Below are positions 1 to 12,417 of a stretch of DNA of 64,000 nt, piece by piece. This DNA comes from Utricularia gibba (Eukaryota; Plantae; Magnoliophyta): positions 496,001-560,000 of the forward strand of contig NEEC01000010.1 in assembly GCA_002189035.1 (NCBI GenBank). Direction: 5' to 3'. Numbering within the stretch: position 1 is the stretch's first letter; each line of letters starts with the position of its first letter. A program made the translations under genes and the position numbers. Under the pieces are notes generated by a model. It worked only from the letters and a program-made list of their open reading frames with translations. It did no database searches and was not told the DNA's origin.

Positions 1-859
1 TACTATGTATATCAAATTAGCCAAAGCTCTTTTATACAAACAACCAATAGGGGGCACTTCATCTTTACATAAATTGATAAGCCTAATTCAAAAGGATATT
101 AAAGACTCCAAACTCATTTGAAAACACATAACAACAAAATAAATATTATTTTAAGAATCCTGCATTCTACCCTATTGGCTTTTCAGAAACAATGAAAGTC
201 AAAGAAGAAAACTACATTTTGCAAAACAGGGAACAATCCCTTCCAAAATAAAAAGGAATCACATGAGCAAGTAGATATACTTGTTCCAAAAAAAAATATA
301 AGAAACATGTTCATTATAGCAACAATAGCATTCATTCCACTTACCGTATTCCTTTATTGTACAATACCCCTTTCTTACAGCTAGAATCAAGCACTTCCCT
401 TACTCTCTTGTTATATCCTCTACTTCCCTTTCTCAACAACTCTACACCTTAAGGTTTCCCAAAGTACTCTCATCACCATCATTTACAAAACTACATGTGT
501 TAGCATCCCCCCTATCCTAAAGTTACCATGTGGGTTTTCCTTTAGATAGCACTTGCAACACTACTATTGGTTGCTTTTGATACTATACATAAATTATGAC
601 CATTTAGAGAAATAATTTGCTTAATTGTAGATGGCATATTCCTAACCTCTTAGATGATCAAATGGATTCAGAGATTGCAAACCATTACATTGTTTTGTGA
701 GTGTGACATCATTTCTATATATTGAGTTGCAAGGATATTGATTTCTTTAGGCCAACTTTGTTTCCTTGAAGGATTACTTTATTGGAAAATCAAGATCTAA
801 TTTGTCAAACACTTCTTGTTTGGAGGATCACATCATTATTGTTGATTTGAATAATCAAG

Positions 860-1169
860 ATTCATCTTGTCCCCCTTTTTGTCCAAAATCTCCCTTTTTC
901 TCTTTCTTGGATTTTGTGTGTACTCATTTTCAGACTTCTATCTAATCCTCTGCCACTTCATTGTTCATATTCGGCTCTTTGGGATTTGTGTTGCAACTTG
1001 TACTGCATTGCTCAAAGAAAACTATTAGAAGGTTGGGACTAAATAAGACTAAAATAATACAGCTACAGTACTTTTCGCAAAAATATAAAATTAGACAGTA
1101 AAACTTGATTTTTGTAGCACAATATGAGTAATTTCCATGTACTCCATTACTCAAAAATATGTGTTATCA
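860..1169 (-). mobile_element. Partial LTR of a Gypsy (Athila-like) family with four copies in the window
   Basis: 870-1169 aligns by eye with 31160-31458 and in part 41430-41590 (e.g. TTTTGTCCAAAATC, AAAACTTGATTTTTGTAGCACAATATGAGTAATTTCCATGTACTC); ends in GTGTTATCA. Athila assignment is inferred from the TGATAA...TTATCA termini. Confidence 0.7.
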
Positions 1170-3169
1170 ACAAGATTCATAGAATGAGGATGAAGCATTG
1201 ATTGAAGTATCAAGTAGCATTTCAATATTAAAGTTATGTTGGTTAATTAGACTATAATATGCAAGATACATTTGGTTTTTCTTCTTTACGGCTTGAGATA
1301 GCTAATTTCCAAATTCATAAGAGAGAGAGAGAGGACTTGGTGACAAGAGCAAATTAACTTAGTTTCGCTTTATACTTATCCAATATTCAGTATTGCTACT
1401 TTAGTTCAAATTATACATATAACTATGTCCTTAGTTTTATTTTATTATGTAATGATTCTGCCTTCCATCATGCGAGGATAGGTTTAGAAAATGTCTTAAG
1501 GGAAACAAAGGTGATGTTGGTTGAATCCATAGTTTTTATCATAATTTTCGAATAACTACTATCAATAGTGTTGGATAGATCTAAGGGATATAACAATCAA
1601 TAGCACAATCAATACCAAAGAACCTCGTTAAACCTAGGTACACCACACATCTTAAGTTACCTTAAGACATCATACTTTTTTTCTATATAAAAACTTTAGT
1701 CTATTACCTTTTGCAATGTTATCTATTTTAAATTACCCATCTAGTGTGCTAATGTTAATTTAGCTCAAGATTAAAATAGAAATTATTTTGAATATTGCAT
1801 TTCAAAAAATATATTTCAAACACCTACTCTTTATGATCAATCCCAATGTCGTTATACATTTTACAGTCGAAAATGTTTCTATATCAAATGAGATTATAAA
1901 TTTTATTTGAAATGAAAATTTATTTTTGTCAATAATTTTTTAAAAAAAAATTATCAAATGGCATTTCAATTATTTTTCAAAATATTTTTAAATAAATGAT
2001 AACTACTTTCTTACAATTTTGAAGTAAGTTAACTATGTTCTCATAACATTATCTTCATACATTTAATTTTGTATAAAATTTACAACTATGTTATAATACA
2101 AAATATTATTGCCATCATCATATTATGAAGAAATTCGTAGATCTTTACAAACCTATCCTTTAGGCAGTGCCAAGAATTCCATGTCCCTATTGCAACAATT
2201 TATATAAATATTTTCCCAAGGGACCCAAACTGACATTAAAAAGATACCATCACAATATTTCACTTCTTCATTTCAAAAACTTTGATAGTGGATTCTTTTT
2301 TAAAAAAAAGAAATATAATTAGAAAAAATAAATGTTATATACTTTTTTTATTTTCATAATATGTTTATCTATTTAGTGCAATATCTTTTATTTATTTATA
2401 TACTTTATTACTAATTTTTTCAAAAAAATAGAGAATAAAATAATTATTAACGAATCATTAAAATTACAATTAATATATCTCAATAATATTTATTTATCAC
2501 AAGAAGTCTATGTGGCATGTCCATTTTGTTTATTGGATTTCTAGAACTCATTTTACAGGTATAGTTTTGTTTCCGAATTTCCATGGAATGCAATTGCCAC
2601 TTCCATTGTGGAAATCCAAGTCAGCACCAAAAAATTATGTCAACTTTTTTCTTCCGCAATTTCACTAGCATCAATGCTTCCGTTCTTCAATGCAAGTCTA
2701 TTTAAAGTGTATCTTATTCTTCCACAATTCCATTGGTGTCAGCACGTTCTTCGCGACAAGTCTGTTTGAATTGTGTCATATTAGTAGATCTTGGGTAGTA
2801 ACTCTTCAAACCTATCCTGTAATTCCAAACTTATAGTCTTGAAAACTATCTTACAAAACTCAATATTTTTGTTTTTGCTTAATTGAAGTAGTATCATCGG
2901 TTTACATGAATTTCTTTAACTTGGGTTTCGGTTAATCATAGGCTATTGATGTTTAGATAAGTTTGATTGTATCTTGCTATGGGTTGAATTCCTTTTTGAA
3001 GATCTTTGTTGGTTTTTGGTTAATTTTTGAATGAAACCTGCAAGAATACATTCGATTTAGTACTTGAGAGAGGATTGGCGTATATTGAGAAAACCAGTCT
3101 TTAGACTTAGTTTATTAATCCACCTTTTATCTTTTCATAGAATTGTTGATAGAGGACTGATTTCTACAA

Positions 3170-3600
3170 GGTGATGTGAGGAATATAAGTTCATTCTTGT
3201 TTCGGCTTGGTTTAACGTAAGAAAGGATTCAGAACATGGAACTTTACAAAAAGGGAATAGTTTGTGGCAAAAAATACATGAATATTATCATCAAGTTGGA
3301 CCAACTCAAGCTCGTACACAAGATACAATTTTCCAAACATGAGTAACTCTAAGTCGTTCTATAAGCAACTTTGGTGGTTACATTGAACGAATATGATTTT
3401 AAGCATATTCTAAGTTGTTTTATGAGCAAGGTCTTGGTAACATTGAAACATCACCTACTCCACAAGAATAAAGGCCAATTGGGTAAAAGGCGGCAAAGTG
3501 TAAACGCATGGAAAAACAAGTGGTTGGATCAAATTCTAAACAAGTTGTATATTCAGAACTCTAAGTTGATATCAAGGCGATGAAGATGAGTATTGATATG
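3170..3600 (+). mobile_element. Decayed Myb/SANT-like ORF1 of a PIF/Harbinger element
   Basis: Hand translation from about 3180 gives EYKFILVSAWFNVRKDSEHGTLQKGNSLWQKIHEYY, resembling the L.SAWLN.SKD...G..QK...FW..I..YY motif of Harbinger ORF1; stops and frameshifts present. Confidence 0.6.
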
Positions 3601-4252
3601 GGGAATGAATTGATGTGGTAATTCAATCAACTATATATGGCATCATTGACAAATAATCTTTCAAAGGTAGATGGTGCAAGTATGGTTCTGGAACAAAAAA
3701 AGATGCAATAACTTACATATCATAGTCTCACTAATGCGTCAATAGTTTCTGCCCCAGTCAAGAGGAGGATGCATCAATTAGTCATATTCAATTAGATGAT
3801 TAATCTTATTGTATTTGACTTTGGAGTATGGTTTCTATTAGAGACTATTTTAATTTAGTGACTTTTGAACTTGCTAATGGTTTTGTTATAACTTACTAAT
3901 ATGATCATCACTTGTTATATTGTTACAATGTAAATGAATTGATAGCTAATAATGAAACATAAATGAATTGCTATTAGTAGTTTATAAGAATTGCATTTGT
4001 AGATCTAAATAAAAGTGTTCTTTGGTGATGAAAAGAATAGATTAATTTAATAAATGTGTTGTTAATATGAATAGATTGATTGAAATAAAATTGATTTTGT
4101 GTAGTTGAAATTAAATTGGCAATTGAAATGTTAATTAAATCACCTAGTAAATAGAAATAATATTAATAATTGAAATGAATATGTACATGAAAATAAATTT
4201 TGCAGTTGAAAATTACACCTATATATACATGTAGCTACTATTTAATTTTCTA

Positions 4253-5500
4253 TTGATACAAGAAATGGATCTTTATTTGCCAAAACATTGGCCGATGATT
4301 TTTGACGATGAAGATGGAAGTTGTATGGCAAAGTTATTAGAAGTGGCTGAAACCTTCTACAACAATTCCGATGATGATGAACAAGAACTCCAACCTGACA
4401 ATATATTGAGCATAATCTTGAATTTGGCCATGAAGGGTTAGCAGCTGATTACTTTTGTGACCGTTCATCTTATACAAATGAAGTGCTGAAGATTTCAAAT
4501 GTGTTAATGCTTATTTGAAAGTATTGTTGATATTATCAAAGGAGTTGATCCATTTTTTTTTCAGGAAAAATTAGATTGCATTGTTCGACTTAACTTGAGT
4601 ATACTACAAAAGTGCACATCAGCTATTCGAATGCCAACATATGGATGTGGGGCAGATGATGTTGATGAATATATTCATATTTGAGAGACAACATCCATAG
4701 ATTTTCTTCGTCGCTTTATTACTGTTGTTCGTACATGTTTTTCAAAAGAATATTTGAGGTCACCAACAATAGAAGACCTAGAACGTTAACTTGTGAGGAG
4801 AATCTTGTGGATTTCTTTAAATGCTTGGAAGTGTAAACTACATGCATTGAGAGTGGAAAAATTGTCTAATTACATGGCAAGGTCAATTTAAACGTGAAGA
4901 GCATCGCAAACCTTCTCTCTTACAAGCAGTGGCTTCTGCTGATACATGGACTTTGAATGCTTTTTTTTGGAATGCTAGGTGTGAAAGTAATATAAATGTC
5001 CTATGACATTCCTCTTTATTGAATGAGTTACATGATGGCATTGCTTGAAAAATACAATTGAATATCAATGGTAATAATTATGACATTGGATATTATTTGG
5101 TGGATGTAATTTATCCTAAATTGGCTATTTTCATGAAGTTTATTACATTATCATAAGGTCGAAAAGCTCAGTATTTTCACAATTACAAGAGAGTGTCAAA
5201 AAAAATATAGAACGTACTTTTGGGATCTTATAAATCCAATTTCTGTCTCTAACAATGCGAGCAAGAGTTTGGGATCAAAATATGCTAGCAATTATATATG
5301 CATGTATCATATTGTATAGTGTGATGGCTGAAGATGAAAGTCATATAATCCCTCCTGATAATGATGAAGTTAATTATGATTGTTGTTCAATAATTCATCC
5401 TCTGGAAATTTACATGAATGTTCATACAAATTCGCAAACCTACCTCGAATGGGTGGAATAATCACATGATATCAACATCCATCGATACTTGAAAAGCCCG
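4253..5500 (+). mobile_element. PIF/Harbinger transposase pseudogene (Plant_tran type)
   Basis: Broken frames read LQKCTSAIRMPTYGCGADDVDEYI, EYLRSPTIEDL, EWKNCLITWQGQF, QAVASADTW, YACIILYSVMAEDE and HDINIHRYLKS, collinear with the plant Harbinger transposase. Many stops; TIRs not found. Confidence 0.85.
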
Positions 5501-5794
5501 ATTTTCTAAGAACGAAGAGTTAGCTCCCCTAAAAAGGCATCGCAGATCGGGGTTGTGCGGCGTAGTCCCGGTGGAGAAAGTGACGATCTTACTGCCGGGA
5601 GACCTGGCGAATATGGTGATACCCACGCCGCAAAGAATGCTGCACTCTGCGACTTCCTTAAAAAGCCCCTCGCAACGCTTCGTGAACGTCGCCTGCCTCC
5701 GTGAATTATCGGAGATCTCCTTGATCTTGAGTTTGCATCGTCCGCTGGTTTTCCTGGGGACACTTGATCCCATAGCGGAGTGGGGGAAACCCAA
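5500..5794 (-). pseudogene. Truncated type I (M-alpha, AGL61/62-like) MADS-box gene
   Basis: ORF 5462..5794 contains RKTSGRCKLKIKEISDNSRRQATFTKRCEGLFKEVAECSILCGVGITIFARSPGSKIVTF, an intronless MADS domain with several non-consensus residues; the frame runs into Harbinger sequence about 20 aa later. Confidence 0.85.
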
Positions 5795-6264
5795 CGTAGA
5801 GCACGTTTATTTATTGATCATAACCCAAATGCTCACTTCCACGTGGACCCCAATGAAATTGAAAAACAAAAAGACTTGAATAAATTTTTAAAACCTGTTT
5901 TTAATTTTAAAAATTGTTTTAGAAAATTAAAAATAATAAATAAAAATAATCAATTTTTTTAATTTTTTTTTAAAATAATTTTTTTAGTATAATTTTAAAA
6001 TTATTTTTTGATAAAAATATTTTTACAATTGAAATTGTTTTAAAACAAAACAACTTTTATTTTTGAAAAATAAAAATATATTTTAAAAAATTTTCAAAAC
6101 ACTGTTTTGAGCAAAGATGACCAATAGTTAATTTAGCAAACAATTGATTTTTTCCAAAAAAAAAGTTATTTAGTAAAAAAAATAATATTAAATTTTCTCA
6201 ATATCTTTCAATAAATTTAAATTTTTCATAGTTAATTTTGATACAAAAACGATTTCTCACAAAA

Positions 6265-6389
6265 CATGGAGATGAAGTCGCCCACTGACCACCCCACGTG
6301 GCCGTTAATATTGATCGCCAATACGCTGCCACCAACGGTGTTATGCTGAATTGAGGTGACATCTTTGCAAGGCACCACCAAGACATCGT
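6265..6389 (-). pseudogene. NHL: NDR1/HIN1-like (LEA_2) pseudogene, 3' part
   Basis: Reads DVLVVPCKDVTSIQHNTVGGSVLAININGHVGWSVGDFIS, resembling the NHL C-terminal V.L.I.I.GRVRWKVG.FIS segment; separated from the 5' part by the Copia insertion. Confidence 0.65.
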
Positions 6390-6542
6390 TGTACAAACGT
6401 TGAGCGTGGTTTGGATGAGGGAGCAAACAAGTAGAGTGAGCTATGATATCGTTTATAGACATGATTAGCAATCAGGATAACTGGAAAAATTTAAGTATGT
6501 TGTAACTTTTGTTCTCTGTGGATCATAAGGACTCCAGTAGTT

Positions 6543-7830
6543 AGTTGAGTAGCCATTTCTTCGCCAGTAAATAAATTTGAAGTTAGTTCTCGCTTTTTTG
6601 TCATAAATGTGCGTTGTATGAGTGTTGATCTCAAAAAGTTGAGTTTTGCGAAAAGTATTTTACACTAAACTTTTACAAATTATCACGGGTTTGTAAAAAG
6701 GAGTTTTTGAAATATATAAATAAAAAATACAACATAAGTAATGAACCTTAATTACGCGTTGTAGTTCCTGGGAAATGGATTATGTTTCCTCCTTTTGTCT
6801 ATCCTTGTCTCGACTTTTACTGATTCCTTCCGAATAGTTGGTTATAGGAGCAAGTAATAGTCTATTCTCCATTACACTCCGATTGATAAAGAGACAAGAG
6901 AATAGCCTCTTGTAGTTCCTCCTTAGACGATTGAGAAGACAAGAGGATTGCCGTCAATTTCTTTCAAAACTGAATGTTGTGTGTGTGCCCAATGGTAGGT
7001 ACGAGGTCACTACCTGTCCATTATCGCAGTACCTCAGTCACAAACAAACCGCTACTTTTCTCAAACCGATAGGGTTGGAGATAGTGCTTTTCACCTTGCT
7101 CTTCATCAAAATCCATGAGGAGTGGCCTGCAACTGTGACTAGGAGACGTTACAGAAAAACTATAACAAGATGTGTGGAAATATGCGAAATCCGAAAGAAT
7201 TTCAATAAAGAACCTAGATTGGTGCCAAGACATCGAAGAAAACTTCATTTATTCCCAAAAACTAAAAAGGTTTAGCCATGAATAGCTATGAAAACAGAAA
7301 ACGAAATGAAAAGCTAAAGTGTTCTTCCTTCCTTGTTAGAGAGGAAGTACCAAAAGTTCTAAGTGCGAAAAATAAAAATGAAAGAAAGTTTGAAAAAGAT
7401 GTGTTTCAAGTTGGTTTTAATTCACTCCCCATGTGCATTAACTTTTTATATTCCTCTTCCATCATTCTTTGTGTCTTGTGTGTGCTACCAACTTTTCCAT
7501 GCATGCAAGTAAGCACCCAATCAATGCTGCAGCCTCTGATATACTATAAGTTAGGGGTCCTGACTAGTGTCGGTCTTCTACCCATAAATTACCAAAGTCG
7601 CGTGAAAGGCATAAAACGCTAGTGTCTAGTCTTTTATGACACTCCAAGCCTACTTCTTGACATTTTAGGTGAAAGTGCACAAAGAAAGACAACCAAATAT
7701 GTACAAAATACAAAAATAGGATTTTTCTAAGAAAATAGAATAATTATCAATATAACTCTTAATTTGGGCAACTTAATCCTAATTAACAAGTAATCATATG
7801 TAATAAACACATAAAAAATGATACTTAACA
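6543..7830. mobile_element. LTR copy, same family as 13517-14817, TSD lost
   Basis: Collinear along its length with 13517-14817 (roughly three-quarters identical by eye); ends ATACTTAACA. Flanks do not match, and the adjacent host RT is deleted. Confidence 0.75.
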
Positions 7831-8987
7831 GGCATTTAGCTGGAGGTAAGGGAACCAAAGTTAAGGTATGATTGCAAAGAAGCACTTGCAATTCTTCACT
7901 CATGACGGCCTCCCAAACCAGAACATCTTTAGCCTACATGTAAGTGGCTGGTTCATCAAGCATAAAAACAGGTTCAACATCAATAGACTGGGTCTGGAGT
8001 GCAACATAGTCCCACATCTATATGAGGGGATGGACAGAGCATGAGCTTCACCACTGAGCCTCCAAGACATCAGATGATAAAGGAGGGCAAGAGGCAGAAG
8101 CATCGGTAGAAGAATCGAAGCCCCCTAAAGGAGAAAAGAAACTCGTGGCAGGGGTATGATCAGCCCCAAAGGCAAGAGGGAGGAGCCAAGTCATCATCAT
8201 CACCATCATTGGGAATCAGGAATGGAAGCACCGAGTCAATAGGAGGGCGAGGTCAGTAAAACCCTTCAAAGGAAAAATATGTTCTAAGAACTTAACATAC
8301 CTGCTAAGGAATACTTCCTTGATCTCTAGATCATAGCACTTACAAGCTTTGTGATCCATCGAATAACCAAGAAACACACACTTCCGAGCATGTGGCACTA
8401 GCTTATCGGCATGGGGATCTGAGACACCCAAACACCTGCAAGTCTGGGGGGTTCCCATAAGCTTAGCAAAGAGGGATTGCCATTGCAGGACAGCGCTGGG
8501 GAGCCGATTAATCAAGTAGGTGGCGGTAAGAAGAGCATCTCCCTAGAACTGATGCAAGATACCATCAAGGCACGGGTGACCTTAAGTAGGTGTTTATGCT
8601 TGCGTTCCACTCTACCATTTTTCTGTGCCCTCTTCGTACAAGAGAACTGATGCAAGATACCATGAGTGGAACAAAGCTGGCCCATATGCTCATTAAGGAA
8701 CTCGCCACCTTTATCACTATATAGCTGTTTGACCATATCCCCGAATCGACGATGGAAGAAACGAAGCAATAGGGCAATATGACCAGTGGCCTCAGACTTG
8801 TATTTTAAAAGAATAGTCCATGTGGTAAGCGTATGGTCGTCCAGAACGGTTAGAAAATACCGGGTGCCATGAAGCGTTTCAACCTTGTAAGGGTCCCATA
8901 GATCACAATGTAGGAGAAAGAATCTGTGTGGAGCACGAGACTCACTGAAAGAAAAGGGGGTCGCTGAAATTTGGAGTATTCTTAGAT

Positions 8988-9029
8988 GTCACAAGGCTGC
9001 CCCTGAAGGTCACAAGGCTGCCCCTGAAG
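8988..9029. repeat. 21-bp tandem duplication x2
   Basis: GTCACAAGGCTGCCCCTGAAG twice, exact. Confidence 0.9.
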
Positions 9030-9761
9030 GCCACAATGAATAGGCGTCAATGCCAAAGCAGAGAGTCATTAGAGGGGGGAACAGAACCATAAAACAGGAA
9101 AACCTTCGTCCACAAAACATCAAGCAACAACCCCAAGGAAGCATCACCACGCTGGAGGAGGACCTTGGAAGCTGTCGGCTCTAAAATGTGGTAGCTAGGA
9201 TCTATTATCCAGTATGTATAGGCTGGCAAGAATGTGTCCCACGACTAAAACCATATTGAATTCCTGGTTCTGTAGAATCCAACCCGTATCAAAGAATCTA
9301 AAAAGAACATTCATGTCAATGGTGAGGCAATGCACAGATAGCAAATTAAAATTAAATGAGGGAACATAAAGGGCATTATGTAGTTGCACGGTAGGCTGCA
9401 AGTGAACTGTCACATTGTCAACTGTGACTCCATCTATCACAATAATCTGATTTTTGATGGATTCATACCAGTCATTCAAGCCACGTAGAAACTGTGTTAG
9501 TTTAGTAGGGCCAAAAATAGTAGTAGTAGGAACGAGCATAGAACATCTACCGCACTTGATTTCTGGTGTTACCGTCTGTAAATCCTTCCATAATCCACTG
9601 AGCTTGGTGTAATATTCAGCGATGGAAAGAGTGCCCTTCTTAAGATGATAGAGGTCGTGTTGTATTCAATAGAGCTGATTGTGGTTAATCCTTCCATAGT
9701 GGTTTTGAAGTGATGTCCATATTTCATGTGAGCTTGAAGCATTTTTAAAACTGGACACTAG

Positions 9762-11267
9762 TGTTGGGTTTCTCATAGACATCGCATGTTAGAAAAGCAG
9801 CGGAATTTAAAAATTTTCGAGAAACCCCCAACGCAGATCTTGGAATACGATATATATCAGATAAAGGGATGCTGAAAATACCTTTCAGAGGATTCCGTTG
9901 TTCACCAATCACCAATAGTAGACTCTATGGTATCCACACGTGAAGCACTCCGTTGATAATTTCCTCAAGGGTGTAGAATACTGGTCAATCTCCTCAAGTG
10001 CTAGTAGAGAAAATCGCCCCCTTGTGGATCAATCTCAGAGAGCACGAAAATGTTGGAAGATCTGTAGATCTAAATCTTTTAATAGATACTTGTTAACATA
10101 TCAAATCAAATCTCCGTTTGTGGAGATATGTATATGTTCCAAATCTTATCTATATAAGATCTTTTATTTTGAATTTAATCAATATTAATCTCAAAATAAC
10201 TCTCTATTTAATTTATCCACTTTACCAATTATATCTCATGTAATTGTGTCATTCTATTTTATATCGATGAGTGACTCCACTATTGTGTGTGACCCTATAG
10301 GCTTCTTCAATTAAGGCCGTAATAATGGATTTATTAATTAACTCTTAATTAATCAAATCCATCATTATCGATTATGAGTGATGTCTAGCAACATATTATG
10401 ATCCCCAAGATGTAAGAATAATCAGGTGAATTGATTGAGCCTTTCCATGACCAGCCACTATGCAATGAATAGCTTTCATCATACTTATATCTCATTCGAT
10501 ACCAGAACATGGGTGTGTGTCTTTCTGATGTATCGAACTTATAATTACATTCAAGCACTAACGCTCAATGACCTACTCAAACAATTCGAGTGTCATTACC
10601 TTGGGCCCAGGACTTACTGTTAGGCTTTGATGCAATTAATTGAGATATGATCTCATAGCTAACATGAGTGATGAATCCTTTATTGATCAATCAACTATTT
10701 CCAACCTTAAGAAGTCACATCCCTACTCATCCATAATAGGCAACCCATAGTTAGGCTCTCATTAGTAATGAGCAAAAATGTAAGTTTATGATCAAGATAA
10801 CTTTATTGACCTCAAGTCTAAGCTTACTTGCACGGCTGTCATATTCAAGATCTTGCTACTAACACTTGGTTAGCTTCCCATAGTAGCATCTCGAAGATGA
10901 GTCATCCAATGAATCGATTCTCTAATAGACACCCACACATAGGTTCTTGTAATCTCATCACATCAATTGTGAGAACCATTGCCTAAACAGTTTAGGGAAC
11001 TCAATGTGTCTTAGCTTATCCGTATTTGTGATATCCTCATTTCACAAATATTCTAGCTAGGGAGTTTTTAACTTGAGCATAAATACTTGAAGAATCTCAC
11101 ATTATGATCTCATCATAATTTCTATAGCACATAGATCAAGTAGAGGATTTTATCAATGATATAAATTTGATCACATACACTAACAACTAGAAATTTAAAT
11201 TCAAAGTAAATATCAAAAGATAAGATTTGCCAATGAGTTGATTGTCTCTAAAACACATACACTAACA
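9762..11267 (-). mobile_element. Solo LTR (Copia, Angela-like), 1506 bp
   Basis: TGTTGGG...CTAACA termini, exact TSD ACTAG (9757-9761 and 11268-11272). Removing it restores the host gag reading LLNSISKFLVSSFKNASSSHEIW. Lineage name is from recall of Angela LTR ends. Confidence 0.9.
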
Positions 11268-11834
11268 ACTAGAAATTTAGATATGGAGTTTAATAGCTAG
11301 TACGTCACCATCTAATTGTTGCGGATCCAAAGGTTATAGATTGGATCGATGATCAGTGGGCAAGGAATCTAAACATCGATGAACGCAAGCTTATTCTTCG
11401 ATCTAAGCACCAAACGGATCTTACGTCATCATTCAAAATAATTTAGTGTAGTAAGAGAGGAATTTACCAAAGCGATGTTAGGATAATCAGAACCACTCAA
11501 CATCATAGGATCCGAACATTCAATAATTGCTCTGACATCAAAAGCAGGTGGCGCTGGTTCTCCAGATGCGTGATTCATCGCTACCAAACGAAGACGATGA
11601 CAACGATAATCGATGGTTGTTCCATGCTCACCGCACCATGTACAAATGCTGAGCATGGTTTGGATGAGGGAGCAAATGAGGAGAGTGAGCTGCAAAAAAT
11701 ATCTTTCGTTATTCCACAGAAACAAAATCCCCAGCTATTATATAGTTGGGTTTAGTCAGGGACTTATGGTTGTAACCATCAAGTACAATTCTGGCACAAG
11801 GGGTACAACCACATCAATTATCAACTTCCGAACA

Positions 11835-12120
11835 ATTGTTTTTCATATTTAAGCCGTAGGATCATGATTTGTCGTAGTATACACGGAGTCTGGAGTTAGG
11901 GTTCAAGGTCGTTACGATGTTCTGGATGATGGCCGTGATCGCCTTCAGAGCAGAGATGTTGGGACAAAAGATGGTGGCATCATGAAGAGTGAAGCATGGC
12001 TTTGTGGTTAAAGAATGCACCATAGAAGGAGGATGAGGATGAGCATATCAGGCAGCTGTGACGCAAGAGGCCTATTTAGCTCGTTGCCAGGATGGACGTT
12101 TTGAACATGGTCCCTGGTGA
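11835..12120 (-). pseudogene. NHL: NDR1/HIN1-like (LEA_2) pseudogene, 5' part
   Basis: Reads LILILLLWCIL*, then after a -1 shift TKPCFTLHDATIF...TTLNPNSRLRVYYDKS*SY, matching the NHL pattern TM-P.KP.F.LQDAT...RNPN.RIGIYYD. Confidence 0.75.
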
Positions 12121-12417
12121 ACTCGAGGGGCGGTTTTGATGAGTCGGGTGCTTGGAATGAGACGCCTATTGTGACCTAGCATATAGGTGATGTCATCCAT
12201 TATTTATTTTCCAAATATATGTATTTTTAAAATAATTTAAAATAGAAATTTCGAAAGAATTAGTATGTATGAATGTGTCCATTTTCCTAAAATGGAGTTT
12301 CAAAAGCATCTGTTTCAAGATGACATTCTTCTAGGGATCAGAAACCCTTGTTACGCATTCTCAATTCACACTCGAGTGAGATATCAAATCTGAATCTCGG
12401 GAGAAGCTATGTAGGAA

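Larger units (their letters stand above)
6390..11834 (-). mobile_element. Decayed Ty1/Copia element lacking most of RT and RNase H, with two nested LTR insertions
   Basis: gag 11273-11600 and 9540-9756, integrase 8216-8777 (SDKGGEFL, HQFSC...QKNGRVERKHKHLL, CVFLGYS), RT start cut at about 7830. LTR 11639-11834 (TG..CA) next to degenerate PBS 11626-11638; its first 53 bp recur at 6390. Flanks ATCGT (6385-6389) and ATTGT (11835-11839). Confidence 0.8.

Noticed and set aside
1-760. Possible Gypsy integrase remnant on the - strand (NYFSKWS, YLKENP)
   Set aside because: Only two short degenerate motifs; plausible next to the LTR but too weak to annotate.
2640-2770. Imperfect repeat of about 66 bp in a decayed coding-like stretch
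   Set aside because: No family recognisable and similarity is low.
5880-6260. AT-rich MITE-like segment between MADS and NHL
   Set aside because: Could not define TIRs or a TSD.
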